Part shown: positions 1 to 11,516 of the stretch, piece after piece
Position numbering within the stretch: position 1 is the stretch's first letter
Layout: each line of letters begins with the position of its first letter
Assembly (NCBI RefSeq): GCF_006345805.1
Contig: NC_043004.1
Location: 72,788,001-72,852,000, forward strand
Source of the DNA: Octopus sinensis
Taxonomy: Eukaryota
Direction of reading: 5' to 3'
Length of the DNA stretch: 64,000 bases
Notes under the pieces: generated by a model
What the model was told of the DNA's origin: nothing
What the model saw: the letters and a program-made list of their open reading frames with translations, nothing else
The model's database searches: none
Made by a program: the position numbers and the translations under genes

Positions 1-60
1 ACACAAAACCATGTGGTTAGTAAACAAAATAATTACCACACAGCCACTCCTGCGCCTATA
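1..60 (-). mobile_element. 5' head of tRNA-derived SINE (family A), cut by window edge
   Basis: Reverse complement reads TAGGCGCAGGAGTGGCTGTGTGGTAA..., the same head as the fuller copies at 34456, 44994 and 50436. Confidence 0.75.
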
Positions 61-71
61 TATAGTGCTTT

Positions 72-2750
72 GAAGAGTGCCTTAGCAAAGTCAAGTCCTT
101 CCTTCGGAGGTACAACTCCGGAAACATACTAGTGATGGGTGATTTTAACCTCCCTCGTGTGAACTGGCCCACAAATACTCTGAAGCTAGGCAAGTGCTCT
201 ACATCAGATAGAGCAGCAGCAGAACTGCTCTTTAATCTGATGGATGAATACTTCCTGACTCAGATAGTGCTCGAACCAACGAGACAGAATAAAAAGATCT
301 TGGATCTGGTATTGACCAATCACTCTAGCTTCGTTCACAGCATTTCAGTTGAAAAAACTCTCCTCTCAGACCACGACATGGTACTCTGCAATTTTAATTC
401 CCGACATATAAAAACCAAACCAGCCAATCTCACTCCATGGCACTCATTTGACAACATAAACTTCCACAAAGCGGACTGGGGAGAAATCAGAAAGGATCTG
501 TCTTCCATCGACTGGTCTTTTACTCTCAATTCCTCTCATATTGAGACCGCATTGCAGCACTTTGAAAACATTGTCACCTATACATGCTCTAAACACGCTC
601 CCACGAAATCTACTAACACAAACAGAAACCGGCTCCCTAAAAAGAAAAAAAAACACTCATCAGGGGCATCAAATGACTCTACAAAAATATCAACCAATTA
701 AAATATTCCCACACACAACATCCACATTCAACAACAATGAAAAGACTAGAGCTGGAAAAACTTCATCTGCAGACCGACATGAAAACCTCCATTGAAAATC
801 AAAGAGCTGTGGAGGAACAGTGGGTAATCAAAAACATCAAACAGAACCCAAAAGTGTTCTATTCTTACGCAAATAAGCATAGAACCACTGTCTCACCCAT
901 TGGGCCATTGATTGATGATAACGGCATTCCCCAACACGATGCTAAAGAAATGGCAGAAATACTGCAGAAACAATACTGCTCTGTCTTCAGTGTTTCCACT
1001 GATATTGACGTAAGAGAAGCGAACGAAGTTGACTCCCAACATAAAATCTCAGACATAAGCTTCACTGCCACTGACATCATAGCAGCAATAAATGATGTCA
1101 AATACTACTCTGCTGTAGGCCCTGATAGATTCCCCGCTAGTCTCCTGAAGGAATGTAGACACCAACTTGCAGTCCCTCTGACCAACCTCTGGAGAAATTC
1201 GTTAGACGCAGGTTATATACCAAAACAGTTTCTATCCCAGTCAGTCATCCCGGTTTTCAAACAGGGAAACAGATCCCTCGCACTCAACTATCGCCCAATC
1301 TCACTCACCTCCCACATCATTAAAGTGTTTGAAAGAGAGTTAAGATCAAGGATAGCTGACTTCCTGGAGACCCACAAACTCCTAAATGCAAATCAGCATG
1401 GCTTTCGCTGTGGCAGGGACTGTCTAACACGGCTCTTACACCACATTGAAGATGTACTCAAAGCCTTGGGAACAGGTTCGAACTCTGATGTCATATATCT
1501 TGACTTCAGTAAAGCGTTCGACAGGGTAGACCATAATATCCTACTCTCAAAATTGGCAAATGTTGGAATCCGTGGAAAAGTTCTACACTGGATTAAGTAT
1601 TTCCTGGCGAATAGAACACAACATGTTGTAGTTGATGGAGTCCACTCAAGCCCAGCAGAAGTCACCAGCGGTGTCCTCCAGAGAACTGTCTTGGGTTCGC
1701 TACTCTTCATAATTTACGTAAACGACCTTTCCAGTGTCGTACATTACTGCAAAGTGAAAATATTTGCTGATGACACTAAGCTCCAGCAAATCGTCAATGA
1801 AGAAGCAGACCGAACTCAACTCCAGTCTGATCTATATGCTGTGAGTCAATGGGCAGACAGAAACAAAATGCAACTGAACGAGGGAAAATTTGAGCTGATG
1901 CATTTTGGAAGAAACTCCTCACTAAAACAGCCATACTCTCTTCCTTCAGGGGAACCGCTCACAGCCTCTAACAATATCAGAGACCTGGGTGTAATTGTTG
2001 ATGACGATCTCAGTTGGAGTGCACACATCAACAAGAAGGTCGATATAGCTCGTAGGATGAGTTCCTGGATCTTAAGAACTTTCCGGTCCAGAGAACAAGG
2101 TGTCATCATACCACTTTTCTCCTCCTTTGTACGGCCACACCTCCAATACTGCTGCCCACTATGGTCTCCTCATACAAGACAAAACATCTCGAAGATTGAA
2201 TCACCGCAGAGGGCACTCACTAAACGAATCGAAGGCATGGCTGCTCTCGATTACTGGGATCGCCTTAAAGCCTTGAAACTCTACTCTCTCCAGCGTCGCC
2301 GTGAGCGGTACATCATTTGTACGATGTGGAGAATATACCGCCAACTTTGCCCAAACGACCTGAACATTAGCTTCAAGGTTCATCCAAGACTGGGACCACA
2401 GGCCATACGTCCCCTGCCCAATTCAAGATCTCAGCATACATGTACACTGCAACATAATTTCTTTTCCTCAACAGGCCCTGCCCTATTTAACATTGTCCCG
2501 AAAGAGATCAAAGAGGAAAAGGATCCCATCAACTTTAAACGGAGTCTGGATAGATTCCTTCAAAGAATACCAAATAAGCCATCCATAATTGGATACAACT
2601 CACCCAACAAAAACTCACTACTTGAATGGACCATAAACAAAGCTTGACTTAAACGGGATTCAAATAATTCTATCAGGTGGTGCTATTAAGTTAGACATGG
2701 CCTGGACCAATCTTTGGTCGAAACATATCTAAGTTTATCTAAGTTTATAC
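72..2750 (+). mobile_element. 5'-truncated CR1-group non-LTR retrotransposon (APE endonuclease + RT), inactivated
   Basis: APE motifs GDFNLP..W, LDLVLTN and SDH in 132-701. RT motifs QHGFR, YLDFSKAFDRV, FADDTK and C-terminal LYSLQRRRERY in 737-2647. Frameshift in the A-run near 640-652 plus an in-frame TGA near 673. The Q-G motif is degraded (SGVLQRTVLG). 3' end has two ATCTAAGTTT units followed by (TA)n. Confidence 0.9.
737..2647 (+). CDS. Reverse transcriptase portion of CR1-group LINE ORF2 (636 aa open)
   Basis: ORF track; canonical non-LTR RT motifs as listed for the element. Confidence 0.85.
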   Translation: MKRLELEKLHLQTDMKTSIENQRAVEEQWVIKNIKQNPKVFYSYANKHRTTVSPIGPLIDDNGIPQHDAKEMAEILQKQYCSVFSVSTDIDVREANEVDSQHKISDISFTATDIIAAINDVKYYSAVGPDRFPASLLKECRHQLAVPLTNLWRNSLDAGYIPKQFLSQSVIPVFKQGNRSLALNYRPISLTSHIIKVFERELRSRIADFLETHKLLNANQHGFRCGRDCLTRLLHHIEDVLKALGTGSNSDVIYLDFSKAFDRVDHNILLSKLANVGIRGKVLHWIKYFLANRTQHVVVDGVHSSPAEVTSGVLQRTVLGSLLFIIYVNDLSSVVHYCKVKIFADDTKLQQIVNEEADRTQLQSDLYAVSQWADRNKMQLNEGKFELMHFGRNSSLKQPYSLPSGEPLTASNNIRDLGVIVDDDLSWSAHINKKVDIARRMSSWILRTFRSREQGVIIPLFSSFVRPHLQYCCPLWSPHTRQNISKIESPQRALTKRIEGMAALDYWDRLKALKLYSLQRRRERYIICTMWRIYRQLCPNDLNISFKVHPRLGPQAIRPLPNSRSQHTCTLQHNFFSSTGPALFNIVPKEIKEEKDPINFKRSLDRFLQRIPNKPSIIGYNSPNKNSLLEWTINKA

Positions 2751-2795
<45 letters not shown>

Positions 2796-3291
2796 TTACA
2801 TTTACATTTATATTTACATTTATATTTATATACATGCACATACATATGCATGCCCGGTTTGTGCGCCCAAGTGGTGTAGATGAGCTGTGATCTTTGTGGG
2901 TCTTAAAGTGTATAGAGACCTCCCTTAGATTTTCAGACCTTCTGGCATACAGAGTATTGAAAGGTGTGCACAGACATATAGGCAGAGTAGTTGGTGGAGG
3001 TTCGTTTTGTATGGTTTCGCAAATGAGATATGGTCCAGAATAGAATTTTCAGAAAATATGCTCACACACAAAAGAAATTGTTGAGATTCATTTTCTCGTT
3101 GATAATAACATTTTTCTTTAATTTTGTTTTCAGTTTTGATTGGGTCATCCTGGCTTCTTCAAAACTTTCACTGCAATTTTGTTTGCCATTCAACTCGGTC
3201 TGAAGCAAGGGTTTCTATGGCTTTTGGATCAATTCCAACTGACACTTCATGTGATTTCCTTACACAGTCCTTAATATACCTCTCTTCTCTC

Positions 3292-3332
<41 letters not shown>

Positions 3333-3480
3333 CGGTTTAAATAATTGAGATTCAAGTGAATTCTAATGAATTCACATGAATATGGTCCTTAACTAGGATG
3401 CACCGGAAATCTATATGGTGTTAACCATACGACAAGTGGGGTGATTACAAATAGGAAAAAGCAACAAGAATGGATTAAAA

Positions 3481-3568
3481 TCTCGGTACAATTGTTTCGT
3501 ACGAGGACATCTTTAATAAGCTACAAAAAATGCAGTAAATACAGATGGCTCGTACTCGTCAGCCGAAA
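3481..3568 (-). ncRNA. Type I hammerhead ribozyme in the left (inverted) pseudo-LTR
   Basis: Exact reverse complement of 7593-7680. Confidence 0.8.
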
Positions 3569-3920
3569 AAACATCAGAGAAATCCCAAACATCAAAAGGG
3601 GTAGATACAAATGAGGGTGTAAGATTAACTGCATTGAAGAAAGTTCGATTCCTGGAGATCCGATGAAAGGTCTTAAACTTACAGGATTTGTGCATGTCTA
3701 TATATAGCTCATATTGAATTGCTAATCAAGTTATGTGAAGAAATTTCGGATACAGTCATGCGAAATTTCTAAAAATCCGAGTAAGAAGCAAAATGAGTGT
3801 CATATCGTGTAGAGGAAAATCTGAGTAAGAAGCAAAGTGACTGTCATATCATGTAGAGGAACAGATTGTTATTGAAATTTACAAGAATCACAGATAAGTT
3901 CAATTCCTGGAGATCCGATA

Positions 3921-6429
3921 ACCCCACTTCTTCCCTTAAGCCTGTGGATAAATACCGATGAGGTTCTTAAATGGTTTAACTCCCTAACTAATACCAATAA
4001 TCTAGCCTTCATTCAATTCGACATAAACAACTACTACTCTAGCATTTCCCCTATCCTATTAAATAAATCGCTTATATTCGCGATAAATCGCTCCCTCATA
4101 TCTAGAGAGGAAATAGATATTATACTTTTAGCTAGAAAAACATTTATTGAGTTTGAGGGAAAATTATGGACCAGAGCTGATACCCCTAACTATTTCGATA
4201 TTCCTATGGGCTCCAGTGATTCGGCTCAGGTGACCAACTTAGTCGGAGCATATCTACTTAAATGCATAAAGAGGGAGATCCCTGAATTGCAAGGTGGGTT
4301 ATATAGAGATGATGCTTTGTTTGTTGTCCATACCAATAATAAATCACACATAGAAAGAATCAAAAAGAAAATTAATAGGTTTTTTAAAGATTTCAACCTT
4401 AGTATAACCTATGAACCAAGCATTAAAATAACTAATTTTCTAGATATTACTTTAGACCTTAACTCCAAACTACATTATCCATTTAGAAAAGAAGGTGAAA
4501 TCACTAGTTACGTAAGTAAATTATCTAATCATCCCCCAAATATAATTGATTCCTTAGTTAGAAATATTTCCATGAGAATATCCAAATTATCGTCTAATTT
4601 TGATATATTTAACTCACACTCAGGACATTACAATGAGGCGTTATCTAGAGCAGGATATAACCAAAAAATTACATTTGTTGATATGAAAACCTTACAAACT
4701 CATAATAATTTAAGTAATTTAAATACCAATAACCACATAAACAACAAAAACGATCAAGCCGAAAAGGTACGTAGATGTAGATCTAATACAACATCTAATC
4801 GTAATGATAATAAGTACAAAGATAAATACATAGACCATAACATAGATAGCCCTGATAAGACAACCTTAAATAAAATTAAGAAACATACAATTAGTAACGT
4901 AGACAACAATAATGACCAAGCCAGAAATGATAGTAGAAATAGATTTACAACGGCAAAGTACCCTAATGATATTAAGAACATTAATAAAAACATAACAGTG
5001 AACACTTGTAATAAGGATAAAATAAACTTGGATAAAACTAATAAACATGCAAACAAGAACATTAATAAATACAAAGATTCTGATGATAGTAGGAATAATT
5101 CTAACAACCCTAACTCTAGTGGGAAAAATTCTAACAGCCCTAACTGTAATTCTAGGAAATTTAATAAGAAGGACATAATATGGCTAAACATCCCTTTTAA
5201 CTGTGCGGTTTCATCAGATATTCAGAGTAGATTCAAAACAATTCTTGAAAAAAATTTCCCATCCTCTCATAGATATCATAAAATTATTTCTAAAAAAACA
5301 GTCAGAATTTCTTATTCAACCCTCCCAAATATGTCCACTTTAATAGCTAAGATCAATAATAATAACATAAAACTAGCCAGAAAAAATTTAAACAATAAAA
5401 ATTAAAATACAATTGAAAGTTATAATAACAGTACTGAAAGTAATAATTACAACAATGATAATAAGGAATGTCATATAATAAATACAACCAATAGCTATAG
5501 AATTGTTAACAATAATAATAACATAAATAGGAATGATTATGTTAATAATAGGAATAATACCAGGAATGTAAGTACAGTGAATGAGGACAACAATGTTATC
5601 AGCAACAACACTACACATTTGGAAAACAATACCGACAACAATACTAACAGCATCAACAATATCAATAATGATAGTAGGGTTATAGAACCAAATGATAGTA
5701 TAGGAATACCAACAAATGATAATACTACTTTAGGTGATAACATTAACTACAATAATGATAGCATTATTTTAGATAACAGCACCAATAATATTAATAATGA
5801 AGGTAGGGCTTTAGAACCAAATGAAAATGTAGGAATGCCAATAAATGATAATACTATTTTAGATAATAATATTAACTACAATAATGATGGAGTTTTTTTT
5901 AGATAACAACAATCATGATAATTTTACCCGCAATGCTTCGAGCAACAATAGTATGAGACTTCTATCGTCAAGTTATTCTACTTCAGATTATAATTCCCCT
6001 AGATGTAACTTCAGAATTAAATCTAAATGCCCGGCACCTGGTTTATGCGGGTTAAATAACATAATCTATAAATGCTCCATAACCACAGATAATAATAAAT
6101 TCACTTATGTTGGATGTACTGTAAATTTAAAAAAAAGATTGAATAACCATCTTTCTTCCTTCAGATTACGTCATAAAGCTGATAGCACCACTCTTTCTAG
6201 TAAAATTTGGGAACTAAAAAACAATAATATCAGATATAACCTTAATTGGGAATTAGTCAGAAGAGCAATACCCTATAAAAATAGCAGAGTAGGTTGTCAA
6301 CTTTGCTCCATGGAAACATTTGAAATACTAATGTATAGAAAAAATAGGGAAATTTCATTAAACAGCAGAATTGAACTTGGAAAATCTTGTATACACGCTC
6401 GAACTAGGACTCTTAAATATTTTAAATGA
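3921..6429 (+). pseudogene. PLE RT - Asn-rich linker - GIY-YIG endonuclease ORF (one TAA, one +1 frameshift)
   Basis: Frame is open from 3921: LWINTDEVLKWF..FIQFDINNYYSSI..FDIPMGSSDSAQVTNLVG..GLYRDDALF..NFLDITLDL..HPP. A single TAA at 5403-5405, then the same frame stays open to a T8 run near 5893-5900. The next frame gives CNFRIKSKCPAPGLC..IIY..YVGCT..KKRLNNH..CQLC..E..LN..CIH (GIY-YIG with Cys/His motifs). The domain pattern resembles the Hydra-type C-terminal-EN clade (tentative, from memory). Confidence 0.85.
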
Positions 6430-7592
6430 TATTTTAATTGACAACTGTATATTAAAATCACTTTGTATAAAATCACTTTGATTTATACATTACTCCTACA
6501 TAGTACATTATAAATTTAACTAGACAGATACGAACTAAATAGCTATGATTATATTCTCTCTCTAACTGTACTATTTAATACTTATTGTTTTAAGTTATTT
6601 GATTTATTTCTATTAGACTATATAAATAATTTAAATTTTGCTCTATTTTTATCTCCACTTCTTAGTCTATTTCACTTTAACCCACCTATATAAACAATTA
6701 GTTAGTTAAATCTCTTAGTTTCTTTTACACTAATAATTAATTCTGCTAATCCCAAACCTATTATAATATATTGTAATATAATATAATATAATATAGTATA
6801 ATAATAATATAATTGTTTGGTTTCATTAAAAAACAATCCCTTTTTTCTTTCCTTTCTAATGACCTCTCATTGTAACCTGACAATCTATTAATAGTAACAT
6901 TTATAAATAAAGAAATAAATTATTGACCTCAGTTCGAATTTTGCACCAAGCAAGCTTAGATTTTTCTTATAGTATGAACTTGTGTCCATCCCCTTAGCTT
7001 CCCGTTCCCTTCTCTTTGATAGCATTAATAGCAGTAACTGATTAAATTCTAGTTCCTTCCTCTTCTCTCTGTGATTCTTGTAAATTTCAATAACACTCTG
7101 CCCCTCTACAGAATAAGACTGTCATTTTGCTTCTCATCCGAATTCCCTGATATTTTCGCATGATTGTACCCAAAGTTTCTTCACATAACTGGATTATGAA
7201 CTATAGGGACATGCACATATTCTGTAAGTTCAAGATTTTTTATCGGATCTCCAGGAATTGAACTTATCTGTGATTCTTGTAAATTTCAATAACAATCTGT
7301 TCCTCTACATGATATGACAGTCACTTTGCTTCTTACTCAGATTTTCCTCTACACGATATGACACTCATTTTGCTTCTTACTCGGATTTTTAGAAATTTCG
7401 CATGACTGTATCCGAAATTTCTTCACATAACTGGATTAGCAATTCAATATGAGCTATATATAGACATGCACAAATTCTGTACGTTTAAGACCTTTCATCG
7501 GATCTCCAGGAATCGAACTTTCTTCAATGCAGTTAATCTTACACCCTCATTTGTATCTACCCCTTTTGATGTTTGGGATTTCTCTGATGTTT

Positions 7593-7680
7593 TTTCGGCT
7601 GACGAGTACGAGCCATCTGTATTTACTGCATTTTTTGTAGCTTATTAAAGATGTCCTCGTACGAAACAATTGTACCGAGA
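7593..7680 (+). ncRNA. Type I hammerhead ribozyme in the right pseudo-LTR
   Basis: Stem I UUUCGG/CCGAGA; core CUGACGA (7599-7605); stem II base GUACGAG/CUCGUAC; GAAA (7663-7666); stem III AC-AAUU-GU with palindromic loop; predicted GUA cleavage after 7674. Confidence 0.8.
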
Positions 7681-7706
7681 TTTTAATCCATTCTTGTTGC
7701 TTTTTT

Positions 7707-7710
<4 letters not shown>

Positions 7711-7775
<65 letters not shown>

Positions 7776-8050
7776 GTATGTACGTATATATATATGTATG
7801 TACGTATATATATATGTATGTATATATATATGTATATATATATATGTATGTATATATATATATGTATATATATATATGTGCATACTTATATATATATATA
7901 TACATATGTATATATAAACATATATATATATGTATATATATATATATTATATATACATATATATAATTATATATATATATTTATATGTATATATATAATA
8001 TATTTATATATACATATATATATAATTATATATATATATATATATATAAT

Positions 8051-8093
<43 letters not shown>

Positions 8094-8110
8094 TCCATAT
8101 ATATATCTTC
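7711..8110. repeat. ~400-bp degenerate (TA)n microsatellite
   Basis: Direct reading; separates the PLE from the RTE fragment. Confidence 0.95.
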
Positions 8111-8111
8111 A

Positions 8112-9420
8112 TCCATTCTTGCCACATGACCATACCAGCGCAAACGTCTCTCTTGCACACCACAACTGATGCTTCTTAGGTTCAACTTTTCTCTCAAAGT
8201 ACTTACACTCTGTAGAGTATGAACACTGACATTACACATCCATCGGAGCATACTGGCTTTATTTCTTGCGAGCTTACGCATATCCTCAGCAGTCACGCCC
8301 CATATTTCACTGCCATGCAGCATGGCTGTTCGTACACATGCGTCATACAGTCTGCCTTTTATTCTGAGTGAGAGGCCTTTTGTCACCAGCAGAGGTAAGA
8401 GCTCTCTGAACTTTGCCCAAGCTATTCTTACTCTAGCAGTTACACTTTCGGCGCACCTGCCCCCGCTACTGACTTGGTCACCTAGGTAACGGAAGCTTTC
8501 AACTATTTATAGTTTTTCTCCCTGGAATGTGGCGGAAGTTGGTCTCAGAGCATTTTCAGTGTTTATTGCTCCTGAGCATCTGCCTCATACAAAAACTATC
8601 TTCCTAGTTAGCCTTCCTTTGACATTGCTGCACCTCTTATGTGTCCATAGCTTACACTTGGTGCATCTTATAGAGTTTCTACCTACACCTTTTCTACAGA
8701 TTGAGCAGGGCCATCTACCTGAAGGCGTTTGTGATTTGTCTACCTTCCTACTTATTAGGACTTTGGTTTTGGCTAGGTTGACTCTAAGGCCCTTCGATTC
8801 TAATCCTTGCTTCTACACCTGAAACTCTTCCTCCAGTTCTGATAATGACTCAGCAATTAGAGCAAGGTCATCAGCACAGAGGAGCTCCCAGGGGCATCCT
8901 GTCTTGAATTCCTCCGTTATTGCCTGGAGGACTATGATAAATAGGAGTGGGCTGAGGATTGAACCTTGGTAGACCCCTACTTCTACCTAGAATTCTTCAC
9001 TGTACTCGTTGCCAACCCTCACCTTACTAGCAGCGTCCCTGTACATGGCTCGCACAGCTCTCACTAACCATTCATCTATCCCTAGTTTCCTCATTGACCA
9101 CCAGATAAGGGATCGGGGGACCCTGTCGAAGGCTTTCTCCATGTCAACGAAAGCCAGGTACAGGGACTTATCTTTGGCCAGGTATTTCTCCTGCAGCTGC
9201 CTTACCAGGAATGTAGCATCAGTGGTACTTTTCCCTGGCACGAACCCAAACTGCATCTCATCTAAACTAACTCTCTCTCTAATTAGTTGGGCTATGACCC
9301 TCTCCGTAACCTTCATTACCTGATCCAACAGCATGATACATCTGTAATTATTTGTATATAGGGCGTCACCTTTACCTTTGTAGCAGTTGATTATTATGCT
9401 GCTACACCAGTCATTGGGTA
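8112..9420 (-). mobile_element. RTE LINE fragment (RT with PHD insert), truncated at both ends, with stops
   Basis: [26 protein letters not shown] and [11 protein letters not shown]; closely similar to 62617-64000; in-frame TAG at 8987-8989. Confidence 0.9.
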
Positions 9421-9489
9421 TTAAGGAATGGGCCAGTCGATAATATCGAGCCCAGTGCTCACTTGGTATTTATTTTATTGACCTTGAAA

Positions 9490-9880
9490 ACTACCGTCCA
9501 AAAAGAAAAGATTCGAATGTGTTTATAAAATAGCTTTTTCTCTTGGTTTTATTGAGAAAATTCTATAGTCTGTAAGATATTTGTCGGTTTTTTCTTCAAT
9601 TTCTGCAATTTCAATCAATCAATGACGTCTATTGAGGTGAAAACATTCTGTGCCGTATGAATATGTCCCTCGTTTAAGAAACAGATTGGGTTTATTTACA
9701 TTTCTGAAGGAAAAAAGATACCCTTCCTCCCCACCCCTAACCCTAACCCTAACTAACCCTAACCCTAACCCTAAAACAGATTGAGATGCAACAGATCGAT
9801 ACTAGGGTCATAATTATGGGTGACAATTTCATATGACACCGCTAGAAAAAAATGGCGTTCAAACCGAAAAGATCCGATAG
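9490..9880. mobile_element. Short interspersed element containing (CCCTAA)n, nested in an old SINE
   Basis: Six CCCTAA plus one CTAA at 9735-9774; SINE-like sequence on both flanks (9425-9490 and 9880-10043). Confidence 0.5.
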
Positions 9881-10090
9881 TTGATTATACATCGACTCCA
9901 GTACTAAACTAGTATTTATTTTATCGACTGCGAAAGGATGAAAGGCAAAGTTGACTTCGACGGAATTTGGACTGAGAACATTAAGACAGATGAAGTACTG
10001 CAAAGCATTTCGCCCGGCCTACTAACGATTCTGCCAGCTTGACAATCATAAGAACAATAAAGTACTGTCATCCTTTTGATTCTCTCATTT

Positions 10091-10414
10091 AAAGACTCCG
10101 CCGGTTACGACGACGGGGGTCCCAGCTGATACGATCAACGGAACAGCTTGCTCGTGAAATTAACGTGCAAATGGCTGAGCATTCCACAGACACGTGTACC
10201 CTTAACGTAGTTCTCGGGGATAATCAGCGTGACACAGAGAGTGACAAGGCTGACCCTTTGAAATACAAGTACAACTCATTTTTGCCAGCTGAGTGGACTG
10301 GAGCAACGTGAAATAAAGTGTCTTGCTCAAGGACACAACGCGTCGCCGGGAATCGAACTCACAACCTTACGATCATGAGCCGAATGCCCTAACCACTAAG
10401 CCACGCGCCCTCAC
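10091..10414 (-). mobile_element. Young tRNA-derived SINE (family B) with 13-bp TSD
   Basis: A-box/B-box-like head GTGAGGGCGCGTGGCTTAGTGGTTAG...GTTCGATTCC; TSD TGATTCTCTCATT at 10077-10089 and 10415-10427. Confidence 0.9.
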
Positions 10415-10956
10415 TGATTCTCTCATTATCACTTCGGTAACTACGGTGGTCCGTTAAAACATGTTTGAGTTGTCTCCCTTACAATAGAAAATCATAATCA
10501 AAATATATTACAAGTCATTGGTCTCTTCCCATCACAGTTCCTAATTAGATTTCGAAGCCCGACATTAAATATATTCACTCCAATTAACTTACAAAATATT
10601 TACTTCAAAGTTATTAAATTTTTTACCTTCTCACTCCGCCTCTCTTTCCTTTCCAAGTGGAACTTAACAAAAGTTGATGGAAGCCTGACTAAACAGGACG
10701 GTGTCTTTCCTTTATCCTTTCAACCTCATCAACCATACAACCTCTTTCGCCATAGCCTCTGGACAAAGGAACGCAGCCTAAGTTCAAATTCTGTCAAGGT
10801 CGGCTTTGCCTTTCACCCTTTTGGGGTCAATAAATTTAAGTACCAGTTGGGCACTGGGATCGATATAATCGACTTTCATATTTGCCTGATATTGCTAGCC
10901 TTGTGCCAAAATTTGAAAGCTATGTGTGTCTGTTATATAAATAATATAAATAACCA

Positions 10957-11023
10957 AAGCCTCGGGCCGACCAAAGCCTTGTGAGTGGATTTGGTAGACG
11001 GAAACTGAAAGAAGCCCGTTGTA

Positions 11024-11087
<64 letters not shown>

Positions 11088-11305
11088 TGTGTGTTTGTGT
11101 GTCTGTGTTTGTTCCCTAGCATTGCTTGACAACCGATGCTGGTGTGTTTATGTCCCCGTTACTTAGCGGTTCGGCAAAAGAGATCCGATAGAATAAGTAC
11201 TGGGCTTACGAAAGAATAAGTCCCGGGGTCGAGTTGCTCGACTAAAGGCGGTGCTCCAGCATGGCCGCAGTCAAATGACTGAAACAAGTAAAAGAGTAAA
11301 AGAGT
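10957..11305 (+). mobile_element. SINE family A, head missing, internal (TA)n
   Basis: GGCCGACCAAAGCCTTGTGAGTGGATTTGG...CAAGTAAAAGAGTAAAAGAG, shared with other copies. Confidence 0.8.
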
Positions 11306-11516
11306 ATATATATGTACGCACACGCACATATATATATACATATATGTGTATACATTGGTACAGGATATCACCAACTGTAAACAACGAGTGAGGTACGCAA
11401 ACAACGAGAGAAAAAGTGGAAAACAGAACAAGTAACACATTTTTTCTCCCTTTGCGAATTTAATGCGTTTGTTTTCTTACTTCAAACTGTTTATAGTTGG
11501 TGATGTCCTGTAAAAA

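Larger units (their letters stand above)
3330..7711 (+). mobile_element. Penelope-like element (PLE), 5'-truncated, with inverted pseudo-LTR at the 5' end, inserted in (TA)n
   Basis: PLE RT and GIY-YIG coding region. 3451-3920 is the near-perfect reverse complement of 7241-7711. Both ends abut (TA)n tracts. Confidence 0.9.

Noticed and set aside
2705-2730. GACC-loop-GGTC-GAAAC-ATAT at the CR1 3' end resembling hammerhead stem II/III
   Set aside because: Lacks CTGANGA and the NUH cleavage triplet geometry
2850-3290. Possible second decayed PLE RT fragment on the minus strand
   Set aside because: Only vague similarity by eye with many stops; needs a profile search
5403-5405. Selenocysteine or programmed readthrough in the PLE ORF
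   Set aside because: The stop is TAA, not TGA, and this element has a C-terminal endonuclease, unlike the Naiad elements reported to encode selenoproteins; most simply a nonsense mutation
7670-8179. YIYIYI-type ORFs here and at other (TA)n, (TCTA)n and (AAAAT)n tracts
   Set aside because: Translations of microsatellites
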